Virus record (IMG/VR): IMGVR_UViG_3300045988_090117
Span: 4,812 to 68,811 of that record
DNA length: 64,000 nucleotides
From: a virus
Strand: one strand, 5' to 3'
The translations under genes were made by a program, and so were the position numbers. Below are positions 20,600-30,052 of this stretch, piece by piece; within the stretch, counting starts at the first letter, position 1, and every line of letters starts with the position of its first letter. The notes under the pieces are model-generated. The model was not told the origin of the DNA. It was given only the letters and a program-made list of their open reading frames with translations, and made no database searches.

Positions 20600-20785
20600 C
20601 TATTTTATTATATCTTCATTTTTACCATCTGCATAAAATATTTCTCCATAAGTTTTATTGGTATTAATACATCTATCAATTATGTCTATTATCTCCTGCT
20701 CAGTAAGTCCTTCTACCTCCATTAATGGAAAGTATTGTTCAAATTTGTCTAAATAGTTTTGTAATTTTTCTCTCATTCTTATCAA
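20600..20785 (-). CDS. Hypothetical protein (61 aa)
   Basis: ORF with SD AAGGAG, directly downstream of the promoter motif at 20800-20828. Confidence 0.5.
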   Translation of the reverse strand: MIRMREKLQNYLDKFEQYFPLMEVEGLTEQEIIDIIDRCINTNKTYGEIFYADGKNEDIIK

Positions 20786-20799
20786 CTCCTTACATATAT

Positions 20800-20828
20800 A
20801 GTATAGTAAATCTTATCTATTTACTAAC
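20800..20828 (-). promoter_or_regulatory. Phage promoter motif GTTAGT-17-TATACT
   Basis: Minus strand reads GTTAGTAAATAGATAAGATTTACTATACT. Confidence 0.55.
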
Positions 20829-22729
20829 TACTTTTTAAATTGTTTTAATGTATCTTTTACTAGTTTATCATATGACTTCATCATCTCAGGGAAGTTGTCA
20901 TATAAGAATTTCCTTGTCTCTGGTTGTGTCATACTAGAACTAATTTCTGCCCATAGTTCACTAGATACTTCTATACAAGCTGACTCATATGCAGTAATAT
21001 TTCCATCTTGTCTACGTGTATAGTACTTAGCGTCATGACCCCATTTAGTCTTCACTGCCCCTGCCGACATCCCTCTAGCTGCATCTTGTAGTGCTATTGT
21101 ATGTACTTCATTAGCATGTAAGAAGTCAGCAAACTTACCGTTAACTAAAGGAGCAGGAGTATTATCTAAAGTCTTCTTGCCATGAAATTTTTCTTCTACC
21201 CATTTAGTTTTCCAATTATTCATATCTCGCTCAAAAGCTTGTGCTAATCCAGTAGGTTTAATGGCATTCTTCAATGTTATCCTAGCATACATAGGCTCAC
21301 TACCTCCGGAGAACTCATACATCCTAGGCTCATCGGGAGTACCTTGGTCATCTATTAAATGTCCCCATTCATGAAATAATACATTATATCTATATTTTTC
21401 CTCAAAGTATCTCAATCTTAAGTTCTTGTCATCACTTAAAGACATATGAATTTGTTTATCACTAGGTTGATAATAAGCACCGCCAGTTGAAGCTGTACGC
21501 TTGAATTCACCTACAGTTAAATATAAATCTTGTATTTCTTCGGGAGCTTGTTTTAATTTATCTAATACACCATCTACAGTGTATTTTTTATTTCTTGATT
21601 TTAATTCTGTATGTAGTGTTTGTTTCATTTCAACATATTTAGCTGCACGCTCTTCCTCAGTATAAATACCACGTTGTTTAACTGCTCTTTTCTTAGTAGT
21701 TTTAGGTTTAACGACTTTAGATTTAGCAGTACCTCCAAGTCCTTTATACTCAGGTATTTTATCCATAGCACCACTATTCTTCTCGCCATTCGCCCATGCT
21801 CTCATATCTTTAGCTATGTCTTCAGGAGTTGCTTTCTTACCATTTATCATCCATACTGGTTCTAGCCAACACGCTCCATTTGGGTGGTCAAGTGGTATAT
21901 CTTCTTTGTCTATTATAAATAGACGTCCATCCAGTGCGTTACATGCATCACAAGTTCTACCTGCCTCATGATTACTATGCCACTGTACTCCACCCATATA
22001 AGGATTAACTCTTTTAGTGTTGATTGTCTCTATCTGAGCTTGATGTGTGATTGTAGTTCGTGCTAATCTCAATGACTCATAGTCTAATCCGCCACTATAT
22101 TTTCTAGCATAACCACTACCTAGTTTTTCTCTTATCTTATTTCTACTCCATGTATGATGGCCACCCATAGCAAATTGTTTTAAGTTCTCAGCCATATCAG
22201 CAGCTCCCATACCTTCTGCCATACAACTAGCTACTGCATCTTCTATTTTTTCTCCGCTTTTACTAGTAGCATTCCATAACGTTTTATCTAAACCTTTTCT
22301 TCCTTCGTATAACTTCCCTTGTATTATTTGCTCTACAGTATCAGCATTAACAATATCAACTAGTTTATCCACTTGGTCTTTAATTTGTTTATAGCCATCT
22401 CCCATTAATAGCTGCATCATCTGTTTATTTATATCAGATAAATCTTTAGCAGCTTGGCTATTATATTTCATAACCACTTTTAGTAACTCATCATATATTT
22501 GTTGACTATATGCTGCCGTCAAATTCTTTACTGCTTTGTTATCTCCATAAGCATTTTTAATTCCTCTATTAATTGTATCCATATAAGCCTTTTTATAGAC
22601 TTGTATTATCTGTTGTTGTTGCTTTTTAGTTAGTTCTCTTGGTTTATTTCTCAACTGTTTATTTAATGTATCTAAATACTCTAGCCCGTTCTCCGATTGT
22701 GTATTGCTAGTAAATCTCGTCTTAGCCAT
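20828..22729 (-). CDS. Minor head protein, SPP1 gp7 / Mu F family, with a ~340-aa C-terminal extension carrying HExxH
   Basis: MuF signature WHSNHEAGRTCDACNALDGRLF..PLDHPNGAC. A basic linker KSKVVKPKTTKKRAVKQRG follows, then the motif LFHEWGHLID. The likely start MAKTRF follows the SD GGAGGTGGAGG. Confidence 0.75.
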   Translation of the reverse strand: MAKTRFTSNTQSENGLEYLDTLNKQLRNKPRELTKKQQQQIIQVYKKAYMDTINRGIKNAYGDNKAVKNLTAAYSQQIYDELLKVVMKYNSQAAKDLSDINKQMMQLLMGDGYKQIKDQVDKLVDIVNADTVEQIIQGKLYEGRKGLDKTLWNATSKSGEKIEDAVASCMAEGMGAADMAENLKQFAMGGHHTWSRNKIREKLGSGYARKYSGGLDYESLRLARTTITHQAQIETINTKRVNPYMGGVQWHSNHEAGRTCDACNALDGRLFIIDKEDIPLDHPNGACWLEPVWMINGKKATPEDIAKDMRAWANGEKNSGAMDKIPEYKGLGGTAKSKVVKPKTTKKRAVKQRGIYTEEERAAKYVEMKQTLHTELKSRNKKYTVDGVLDKLKQAPEEIQDLYLTVGEFKRTASTGGAYYQPSDKQIHMSLSDDKNLRLRYFEEKYRYNVLFHEWGHLIDDQGTPDEPRMYEFSGGSEPMYARITLKNAIKPTGLAQAFERDMNNWKTKWVEEKFHGKKTLDNTPAPLVNGKFADFLHANEVHTIALQDAARGMSAGAVKTKWGHDAKYYTRRQDGNITAYESACIEVSSELWAEISSSMTQPETRKFLYDNFPEMMKSYDKLVKDTLKQFKK

Positions 22730-22791
22730 ACCTCCACCTCCTATACAATTCATTCTATTAAAAAGGGAGGCTTAATTAACCTCCCTTAGTG

Positions 22792-23223
22792 CTACTTGAT
22801 ATATCCCTTGTATTTTTCTTTTAGTTGTTTACCTCTCTCAGCTATATCTCGTCTAAGTTCAGTTATTGTGTCTAAATAACTTTGTTCCTTCTTATTTGCT
22901 CTGTCCTGTATTTCTTGTGGTACAAAACCACGTATTTTAATCTGTTCATTTAGGTCATATCTATTCTTATATTGTATTTTAGTTAATTCCTCTAATAAAT
23001 CTTGTAGTTGTGACATCTCTCTACGTAGTTGGTTATCAGTTACTACAGTTACATATTGAGCACCACATCTACATTCAAACCCTCTAATAATTATACATCC
23101 TTTTAGTAGCATTAATTCCTTTTCTCTAGGATAAAACTCTCTACCACATTTATCACATTTAGCTTTAAATTTCAATTGTTTTTCCCCTCTACGTCCTTTA
23201 GTCCATCCACCTTGTTTACTCAT
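22792..23223 (-). CDS. Zinc-ribbon / coiled-coil protein
   Basis: CDKCG..(x)..CRCG cysteine pairs followed by a charged helical tail. Confidence 0.45.
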   Translation of the reverse strand: MSKQGGWTKGRRGEKQLKFKAKCDKCGREFYPREKELMLLKGCIIIRGFECRCGAQYVTVVTDNQLRREMSQLQDLLEELTKIQYKNRYDLNEQIKIRGFVPQEIQDRANKKEQSYLDTITELRRDIAERGKQLKEKYKGYIK

Positions 23224-23258
23224 ATCAATCAACCTCCCAAATTTTTTATTCTATATAT

Positions 23259-23287
23259 AGTATAGAAAATTATTCAGTTTTGCTAAT
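23259..23287 (-). promoter_or_regulatory. Phage promoter motif (variant -35 ATTAGC)-17-TATACT
   Basis: Minus strand reads ATTAGCAAAACTGAATAATTTTCTATACT; overlaps the 3' end of the portal gene. Confidence 0.45.
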
Positions 23288-24862
23288 TGATCCTTTAAAA
23301 TCGGTCATACTATTTTGAGTCATGTTGACTTTATCCATCTCATCTAGTATCTCGTCAAACTCTTTATCTGCTTCTTCAGCACTACCAAACTCTCTAATAT
23401 AACTTTGTTTACTACGTACATTAGCTTCTACTTCTTTTATTGCTATTGTCTTAGTATCAACTTCATCATCTGGAATTGGATAGTTATGATCTAAATCTAA
23501 GCTGACTTTATATTGCATAGCTTGATTGATAGATGGGTCATCTGGATATAAATTACTCTTTAGTACAATCTCCTCAATTAATTTTAATAGCCATATAATA
23601 GCTTCGTCCCATGCTGCCCACTTTTCTTCACAACGTGTAATAAGGTCATCATATAACATACGTAGAGCCTTACCACTGGCCACATTAACTAAACTCTCTG
23701 GTAGTGGTTGCTCCATACATTCATACATATCCTTTTTTAATCTCTCTAAATAAGCATCGGCAGCTCCTTGGAAAGTAAACTCACTACCAACCTTTTGTAT
23801 ACTAGCTTGTTTATAACTACCATTAGTGCTACCCATTCCTAAAGATGTATCAGTTTTAATATCTAATATTGACCCAGGTGCCACTACTATTCCCTCAATA
23901 GAAGCACTATCTGCATCTATAAATGCAGTCTGGTCAAACATTGCAAATCTAAGACTATCTCTATAATCACTAACAGTTTTGTTATAATCTTCCTGCATAT
24001 CCATAAGGTCCTTTACATCACTACGTCCTCTAATATCTCCTGTAAGCCCATCGTTGAATATAACTGTACAAGGTATGCAGCTTAATCCAGTATTCCATTC
24101 ACTACGTATTTCTACTTGTTGCATTTGTTGTTCGTCTTGTTGTTCTCCTGCAATACTACTATTAAGTACATTTGGTACTTCTGCATAAGCTATTGTATTA
24201 GTACCATCTACTACCATGTATGTACACCAACATTCTTCGCCTCTCATCTCATAGATCCATTTATGCCATCTCTGCTCGTTTTGTAGTTTGCCTACTGTGC
24301 TCTCATCTTGATAAGCTATCTGAACTTTAATTAGTTTATCACAGTCATTTGGGTCATATTCATATAAGAACTCAGGCATTGTATAAAATCTAAACTTTAT
24401 AGGTGCATTGTCTATAGGGTTGCCATAGTCATCTACATCTAACATTAAGGCTAATAAAACACGCTTACCTATAACACAGTCCATAAACGCCTTACTAAAT
24501 TTATTCCAAAACTTTCCATCCTCTAATATTTTTTCATATGCAATACGTTTATCGTCTACTAATGTAGGGTCTGTACCGTCTACACTCTTCACCACTATTG
24601 TAGGTGGCACACTTGTCATAAATCTACCTTGTTTTTTAAGTAGCTTCTTTGTTAAGTTTCTTATCTCTCTTGTTGGTCTATAATCTCTGTCTTTTACTGG
24701 CCATAGTTGTCCAGTTCCATCTTCTAAGTCGTCTTCTAATTGTTCAGGTCTACCTTCGTAGAATTCATAGTAGGTTTTTACTTGCTGCAATTCTTCTAAG
24801 AATCTTCTGTCTGTACTGTATAACCCTACTAAGGCTCTATCTATACTGTTATACAAACTCAT
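23270..24862 (-). CDS. Portal protein
   Basis: 530 aa, immediately after TerL; acidic C-terminus. Confidence 0.8.
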   Translation of the reverse strand: MSLYNSIDRALVGLYSTDRRFLEELQQVKTYYEFYEGRPEQLEDDLEDGTGQLWPVKDRDYRPTREIRNLTKKLLKKQGRFMTSVPPTIVVKSVDGTDPTLVDDKRIAYEKILEDGKFWNKFSKAFMDCVIGKRVLLALMLDVDDYGNPIDNAPIKFRFYTMPEFLYEYDPNDCDKLIKVQIAYQDESTVGKLQNEQRWHKWIYEMRGEECWCTYMVVDGTNTIAYAEVPNVLNSSIAGEQQDEQQMQQVEIRSEWNTGLSCIPCTVIFNDGLTGDIRGRSDVKDLMDMQEDYNKTVSDYRDSLRFAMFDQTAFIDADSASIEGIVVAPGSILDIKTDTSLGMGSTNGSYKQASIQKVGSEFTFQGAADAYLERLKKDMYECMEQPLPESLVNVASGKALRMLYDDLITRCEEKWAAWDEAIIWLLKLIEEIVLKSNLYPDDPSINQAMQYKVSLDLDHNYPIPDDEVDTKTIAIKEVEANVRSKQSYIREFGSAEEADKEFDEILDEMDKVNMTQNSMTDFKGSISKTE

Positions 24863-24878
24863 TTATATCATCCTCCTT

Positions 24879-26228
24879 TTAATATATGGCACCTTTACCA
24901 CTCAGTATTTTTAGTGCATCATCTAACGTTCTGTAATTAATACTATCTGTCATTACTGCATAACGTATTTTATCCATAGCATGGTCATTCATTTTTAGTA
25001 TTTCCTCCACGCCTTTGTCCAGTTTGTCTTCATCCCAACAATATGAACCAAACTCCTCTATATCACTTCTACAGCTTGGGTCTAGTGTAAATCTATCTTG
25101 ATTTAATAGATAACTCACTAGTTGAATTCCAAGCTCAACATTATTCTTAGCTGGTACTACTTTGATATTATGTCTTTGGAAGAACTTATTCTTCTTAACC
25201 TCTACTATCAGTGGAGCTGCACTCGGGTCAATTGTTATGTATTCTGGCATTACATTATTCTCCTGTATAAAAGCAATTAAGTCTGTCACGTACTCAGCAA
25301 CAGTCTTTTGTCCTTCTTTTCTACCATTATGATAGTAACTTGCTATTTGGTGATATCTCTTTGTAGGAGCATAGTATCCAAATATTCCAAAGGTAGTAGC
25401 ATTCTGAATACCAAAGTCAGCGCTAATAAATATTCTCGTCCAATTAAGACTTAGTCTCTTTGCATGTCTATCAGGGTCAAACATTGGATATATAACTCCA
25501 TCTGCCATAACCCACAGTCCTAAAATAAATCTCTTGTAGAATACCCCACTGTACATTGATTTATAACGTTCTATTACCTCTTGACTTAGACTTAAATTAT
25601 CTTCCATTGTAAAGTGTATATGTAATGCTTTTCTATCTGCACACTTTTGTATCCACTCTTGATTAAACCAGTGGAAAGGACTATGAGGGTTACAGTTGAA
25701 CCAAAACTTAGCACCTGTTACTGAGCAACGAGCAGTCGCTTGATTGACAAAAGACTGTGGCATTAATGCTACTTCATCAAAGAATACTCCTGCTAATGTT
25801 ATCCCTTGGATTAAATCTTGTGAACTCTCATCCTTTCCACCAAATATATAAAAGTAGTTTATTGCTTTTCTAATATTGCCATTCTTTGTCTTCCATGTTC
25901 TGCTAATAGTTAATAGGTTCTCACTTCTATTGTCATGTACCATATAGCCTCTACTCATTAACATTTGTTTTAATGGCTGAACTACGTTTCTTCTACAAGA
26001 TGCTATTGTCTTACCACACAATGCAAAGTTCATTCCATTGTATCTCTCTGTAGCCCAGTTTACGTAGCTGAAACTCATACAGACTGTCTTACCACTACGT
26101 ACTGCCCCATCACATATCAATGCAGTGTTGTTTTTATATCTAGGATCTAGCCACCATGATAGTACTTGTATCTGTTTTGCACTAAATGGTTTCCATCCAA
26201 AAGGTACTACCTTATTAATCTTGCTCAT
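24879..26228 (-). CDS. terL: Terminase large subunit
   Basis: Walker A CDGAVRSGKT, Walker B-like GVFFDE, and a C-terminal nuclease region. Overlaps TerS by 14 nt. Confidence 0.85.
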   Translation of the reverse strand: MSKINKVVPFGWKPFSAKQIQVLSWWLDPRYKNNTALICDGAVRSGKTVCMSFSYVNWATERYNGMNFALCGKTIASCRRNVVQPLKQMLMSRGYMVHDNRSENLLTISRTWKTKNGNIRKAINYFYIFGGKDESSQDLIQGITLAGVFFDEVALMPQSFVNQATARCSVTGAKFWFNCNPHSPFHWFNQEWIQKCADRKALHIHFTMEDNLSLSQEVIERYKSMYSGVFYKRFILGLWVMADGVIYPMFDPDRHAKRLSLNWTRIFISADFGIQNATTFGIFGYYAPTKRYHQIASYYHNGRKEGQKTVAEYVTDLIAFIQENNVMPEYITIDPSAAPLIVEVKKNKFFQRHNIKVVPAKNNVELGIQLVSYLLNQDRFTLDPSCRSDIEEFGSYCWDEDKLDKGVEEILKMNDHAMDKIRYAVMTDSINYRTLDDALKILSGKGAIY

Positions 26229-26778
26229 CTACATCACCTTCATTGATACGTTTTAAAGAGTCAGCTAATATTGCTACGAAGTCATCTTGTACGCTTTCAT
26301 CACCACCAAGTCCTGCAATAGCTCTTTTAAGTTCCATTTGTTCATATTTCATTTTAAGTTCCATTGCTTCTTTAAATGGAATAGTACCAGTACACTCATC
26401 TAAGAATGTCTTAATAGCTACCATATTCTGTATTGCCTGAGCTAATTTAAAATGAGATATCTTTCCTTCCTTGTCTAATATACTACTACTGTTATCTACC
26501 ATTGATTGTTCCCATAGACATAGTAGTTTATAGCCTGCTTGGTAATATCTATCTACTAATTCTTTATTAGCATCTACATACACTGCTTGGCACTTATCTA
26601 ATGCTAATTGTTTTGTTGCTTTTCTTTTCTCCGCCCAACCTTCACTATGTATTAATTTACTTAATGTGCTATTACTGATATTCCATTTATCACACAATTG
26701 TTTATGGGTCATATTAGCACAATAATCAAGGAATAATTGGTCAATCTCATCTCCTGTTAGTTTTGCTTTTCTAGCCAT
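26215..26778 (-). CDS. terS: Terminase small subunit
   Basis: N-terminal HTH-like stretch THKQLCDKWNISNSTLSKLI; position upstream of TerL. Confidence 0.6.
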   Translation of the reverse strand: MARKAKLTGDEIDQLFLDYCANMTHKQLCDKWNISNSTLSKLIHSEGWAEKRKATKQLALDKCQAVYVDANKELVDRYYQAGYKLLCLWEQSMVDNSSSILDKEGKISHFKLAQAIQNMVAIKTFLDECTGTIPFKEAMELKMKYEQMELKRAIAGLGGDESVQDDFVAILADSLKRINEGDVDEQD

Positions 26779-26786
26779 CTAATCAC

Positions 26787-27095
26787 CTACTTTCTAAAAT
26801 GTTTTGGAGTATTATGGTAATGGCTCAATTCTACCTCCCCATCTATTCTCCTTTGTATTTGCTCTCTATATTTCTTACTATTACTTAATCTTACTAGGCT
26901 AACTAAAAAGTACTTGTTTACCTTCTTAGGTATCTTATTGTTTATTATGCAGTCAACTAAATACATTGCTTGTTTATAACTGTGTATGTGTGTATGTCCT
27001 TCATCCCACTCCTTCTTTGTATTATACACTACAAATTCATCATGTTCCTCTCTTTGAAATACTACCATATATTTTTTAGCAAATACTTTTTTCAT
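26787..27095 (-). CDS. Hypothetical protein, first gene of the late block
   Basis: ORF; the likely start MKKVFAKKY follows the SD AGGAGG. Confidence 0.45.
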   Translation of the reverse strand: MKKVFAKKYMVVFQREEHDEFVVYNTKKEWDEGHTHIHSYKQAMYLVDCIINNKIPKKVNKYFLVSLVRLSNSKKYREQIQRRIDGEVELSHYHNTPKHFRK

Positions 27096-27234
27096 ATGGA
27101 CCATCCTCCTATCACAAATTTATATTAGTTATTATCACTAATTATTAATGCAAGAATTAGTAATTTAAGACTTATTTTAGTACAATTAAAAGTTATTTGG
27201 GACTTAATTATATAGGTTTATTGTGTTATTTATA

Positions 27235-27270
27235 TTAAAAAAGAGTGATTAATGTACTATTAACCACTCT
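27235..27270 (-). terminator. Rho-independent terminator separating the early/middle and late blocks
   Basis: Minus strand reads AGAGTGGTTAAT-AGTAC-ATTAATCACTCT followed by TTTTTTAAT. Confidence 0.7.
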
Positions 27271-27299
27271 ATTTGATTGTTATTTAGTTGTATTTCTTA

Positions 27300-27851
27300 T
27301 TATTTATCCTCCATCTTTTCATATTTATCTATCATTACATTTAATAAGTCATCCATACTAACTCCTACTTGTTTTGCTTCTTTTTTAAGTTGTTTCATTT
27401 CTTCATTAGTCATTATATGGTCATTCATTATTGGCCACCATTTATCTACTAATTCATTAGTTGCATATATTTCCCATGTTAATTTATCCATATCTATTCC
27501 TAATCCTCCTTTTATTATATCATTTACAGTTATTTCTTCCGCCGCCACTTTTGGCTCCTCTTGTGGAGCTGCTATATGTTGTACTGTAGTTGATGTATCA
27601 CTAGTATATTTATGATTACATTCTATAGCTACTTTAGTTGTTTGAGCTATTGTCTCTATCATGTCAAACTTAGCATTTAATGTATTAGCACCTAGTTTTA
27701 ATTCACTTTTATATTTATCCACAATAGCATTCACTACTGTAGATTGTAATGCAGTTAGTTCAAATAATAGATCTTGTAATTCACCTTTTACTAATGCTCC
27801 TCTTTCCACTATTTGTACTCCATCTTTAGTATCCACTGTTATTTTAATCAT
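27300..27851 (-). CDS. Hypothetical protein (183 aa)
   Basis: ORF track; SD GGAGGGC upstream. Confidence 0.5.
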   Translation of the reverse strand: MIKITVDTKDGVQIVERGALVKGELQDLLFELTALQSTVVNAIVDKYKSELKLGANTLNAKFDMIETIAQTTKVAIECNHKYTSDTSTTVQHIAAPQEEPKVAAEEITVNDIIKGGLGIDMDKLTWEIYATNELVDKWWPIMNDHIMTNEEMKQLKKEAKQVGVSMDDLLNVMIDKYEKMEDK

Positions 27852-27863
27852 ATATAGCCCTCC

Positions 27864-28064
27864 TTAATTATTTAAATTATTTTTTACTTGTTGTGCAAAT
27901 TCGTCTATAAAATCATTTATATGCTCTTTATCTAAATTATCCCTTTCTACTAATGTCATTATTATACTTATTGTGGCATTTAATAATTGCTCCAATACAT
28001 CTTTTACTTCTCCTTTAACTCTTGTTTGTACAGTTCCGTTTTTAGTTCTTTTTACTTCAATCAT
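27864..28064 (-). CDS. Hypothetical protein
   Basis: ORF; the likely start MIEVKRTKNG follows the SD GAGGAGGAG. Confidence 0.45.
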   Translation of the reverse strand: MIEVKRTKNGTVQTRVKGEVKDVLEQLLNATISIIMTLVERDNLDKEHINDFIDEFAQQVKNNLNN

Positions 28065-28065
28065 A

Positions 28066-28224
28066 TTATTTCTCCTCCTCATTTTTAATATCAATAAAAT
28101 ATTTAGTTGTATCTAAATTACTTAAACTTAGTAATATGTATTTTAAATCTTCTATTGTAGAATGTCTATATATAAAACAATTCATGCCATTCTCTTTATT
28201 TACTACTCTTACTGTATACTTCAC
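28066..28224 (-). CDS. Small hypothetical protein (52 aa, GTG start), below the ORF-track size cut-off
   Basis: My translation is (M)KYTVRVVNKENGMNCFIYRHSTIEDLKYILLSLSNLDTTKYFIDIKNEEEK. SD AAGGAGG lies 7 nt upstream. The TAGTG start overlaps the upstream stop. Confidence 0.35.
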   Translation of the reverse strand: MKYTVRVVNKENGMNCFIYRHSTIEDLKYILLSLSNLDTTKYFIDIKNEEEK

Positions 28225-28457
28225 TATTTAGCCTCCTTACTATTTAGTTCTTTTTCCATTGCCTCTACAGCCTCTTTAATATGTTGTACTGCTGCGAAGT
28301 CTGAGTAGTCCTTTAAGACTACATCTCTGTAGCCCATTAGTAGGGCTACTAATTCATATTGAGATATTAATGGTTCTTGATGTGGTGTTACTTTCATCTT
28401 TACAAACGCTTGAACCTTTCCATTAATTGGTTTTAATTTACTCTTTACTTTTAACAT
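28224..28457 (-). CDS. Hypothetical protein (77 aa)
   Basis: ORF with SD GGGAGGTAC, downstream of the promoter motif at 28499-28527. Confidence 0.5.
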   Translation of the reverse strand: MLKVKSKLKPINGKVQAFVKMKVTPHQEPLISQYELVALLMGYRDVVLKDYSDFAAVQHIKEAVEAMEKELNSKEAK

Positions 28458-28498
28458 ATTGTACCTCCCGTTATTTTCTTCATTTATCTTACATATAT

Positions 28499-28527
28499 AG
28501 TATAGAAATAATGCTCTATTTACTAAG
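28499..28527 (-). promoter_or_regulatory. Phage promoter motif (CTTAGT)-17-TATACT
   Basis: Minus strand reads CTTAGTAAATAGAGCATTATTTCTATACT. Confidence 0.5.
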
Positions 28528-28534
28528 TAGATAT

Positions 28535-29149
28535 TTAATTATTTTCTATTGTTTCACTTGGAGATTCCTCAACATCGTTGTCTGTATTAGTTGTATCTTC
28601 AGGGTCTATACAGCTATCATGTACGTCCTTATTAGGATAATCTTCGTCTTCATCATAATATTGTTGGTGTTTTTCTTGTTCTTCTTTTTTATGTTCGTAT
28701 TCAGGTGTATAGTTACCATATTCATCATTTATTTGAGTACCATCTTCATCATAGCAAATAGGATATTTACCTTGTTGTTCTTGTTGTTCTTGGTCTTCTT
28801 GTTCATGTATTTTTTCTTGTTTCTTAGCTTCATCTTCTAGATGTCCACCATTTTTCTTAATTAATCCTTTTTCTTGCATTTCGTCGTCGGTCATTTCGTC
28901 TTCGTCTTTAGGTTGTTCTTTTGTAGTTTGTTCTTTTTTAGTTGTGCCACTATCTTTTGTAGTTTGTTGTTTTTGCTCTATTTGTTTTGCTTCTTCTTTA
29001 GTTACTTTTTCTCTTTTAACATTACCTTGGTCGTCCACGTATTTAATTGTTACTGTGTCGTCTTTATCGTTGTTATTGCTATTACATCCAACCATTAAAC
29101 TTGCACTTAAAATACCAGCTAATCCTAAACTCATTAATTTTTTCATCAT
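28535..29149 (-). CDS. Secreted lipoprotein, very Q/E/D/K-rich
   Basis: Start MMKKLMSLGLAGILSASLMVGC gives a signal peptide with an LMVG|C lipobox. SD GGAGGT lies 8 nt upstream. Confidence 0.7.
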   Translation of the reverse strand: MMKKLMSLGLAGILSASLMVGCNSNNNDKDDTVTIKYVDDQGNVKREKVTKEEAKQIEQKQQTTKDSGTTKKEQTTKEQPKDEDEMTDDEMQEKGLIKKNGGHLEDEAKKQEKIHEQEDQEQQEQQGKYPICYDEDGTQINDEYGNYTPEYEHKKEEQEKHQQYYDEDEDYPNKDVHDSCIDPEDTTNTDNDVEESPSETIENN

Positions 29150-29150
29150 A

Positions 29151-29417
29151 TTACTTACCTCCATTTATACTTTTTATTTTTTTAGTACTATATTGTGATT
29201 CACTTGTTTTGTAAGCAGTTAAAAAATTGTTATCTTTGTCTACTATTATTGTAGTCAAGTTCATTGTGTATATTAAATTGTTGCTTTGTTTACCAGTTAC
29301 TACATCTTTGATGCCAGTTTCTAATGCTTCTAATATCTTAGATTTGTTAAGGCCATGCTTTTGATAACTATGAAGTAATTCCATCTTACCAAATTTTATA
29401 TCTAACATTTTACTCAA
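29151..29417 (-). CDS. Hypothetical protein (88 aa)
   Basis: ORF track. Confidence 0.45.
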   Translation of the reverse strand: MSKMLDIKFGKMELLHSYQKHGLNKSKILEALETGIKDVVTGKQSNNLIYTMNLTTIIVDKDNNFLTAYKTSESQYSTKKIKSINGGK

Positions 29418-29436
29418 CCCCTTTTATAGGGAGCTA

Positions 29437-29775
29437 CTATCTAGTAGCTCTATTTATTTGGTTCCAAGTTTCTCCAAATACATCTTCTCCAACTTTACTA
29501 ATCCAAAATGTTCTAAATGGTTTGTAGCTATTTTCTAACCAATTATTTATTCTGTTACAATCTTTACTGTCATATACTCTTTGACATTCATTAACCATTG
29601 TATATATTTCTTGTTCTAATCTTCTCATGTCCCCCAATTGTTGTCTTAGTTCAACGTTTTCTAATCTTAGGCTTTTTAATGCTTCCATGTTTTGTTGTTT
29701 TTTAGCTTCTCTTATTTGAGCTTCCACTTTAAATATTCTTCCTTCTATTTGGTTTGTCTTTAACATACTATCCAA
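29437..29775 (-). CDS. Hypothetical coiled-coil protein (112 aa)
   Basis: ORF with SD AAAGGAG; first gene after the sigma-A-type promoter at 29811-29839. Confidence 0.5.
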   Translation of the reverse strand: MDSMLKTNQIEGRIFKVEAQIREAKKQQNMEALKSLRLENVELRQQLGDMRRLEQEIYTMVNECQRVYDSKDCNRINNWLENSYKPFRTFWISKVGEDVFGETWNQINRATR

Positions 29776-29810
29776 CTCCTTTTTCTCTTTTCTTATCTTT
29801 TATTAACTTA

Positions 29811-29839
29811 ATTATACTACCTCCTATATAATTAATCAA
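29811..29839 (-). promoter_or_regulatory. Canonical sigma-A-type promoter TTGATT-17-TATAAT
   Basis: Minus strand reads TTGATTAATTATATAGGAGGTAGTATAAT, with -35 at 29839-29834 and -10 at 29816-29811. Near-identical to the copies at 52130 and 62295. Confidence 0.65.
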
Positions 29840-29849
29840 GTGTTTTTTG

Positions 29850-29888
29850 AAAAAAAATAAAAAAAAAATCCCACATTTTTATGTGGGA
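29850..29888 (-). terminator. Strong rho-independent terminator
   Basis: Minus strand reads TCCCACAT-AAAA-ATGTGGGA followed by T10AT8. Confidence 0.8.
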
Positions 29889-29907
29889 CTGTATTTATAT
29901 ACATCTT

Positions 29908-30039
29908 TTACACCGCCATAAGTACTAAAAGAAATCCTAATATTATCATTCCCATACCTAATAGTATTTCGCCACACATTAACTCTATTATTCCTATTCC
30001 TATATCTATACCAGCTATAATAAGGGTAGTTTTATCCAT
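29908..30039 (-). CDS. Small hydrophobic membrane peptide (43 aa), not in the ORF track
   Basis: My translation is MDKTTLIIAGIDIGIGIIELMCGEILLGMGMIILGFLLVLMAV; SD GGAGGAATG upstream. Confidence 0.45.
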   Translation of the reverse strand: MDKTTLIIAGIDIGIGIIELMCGEILLGMGMIILGFLLVLMAV

Positions 30040-30052
30040 TTTACATTCCTCC

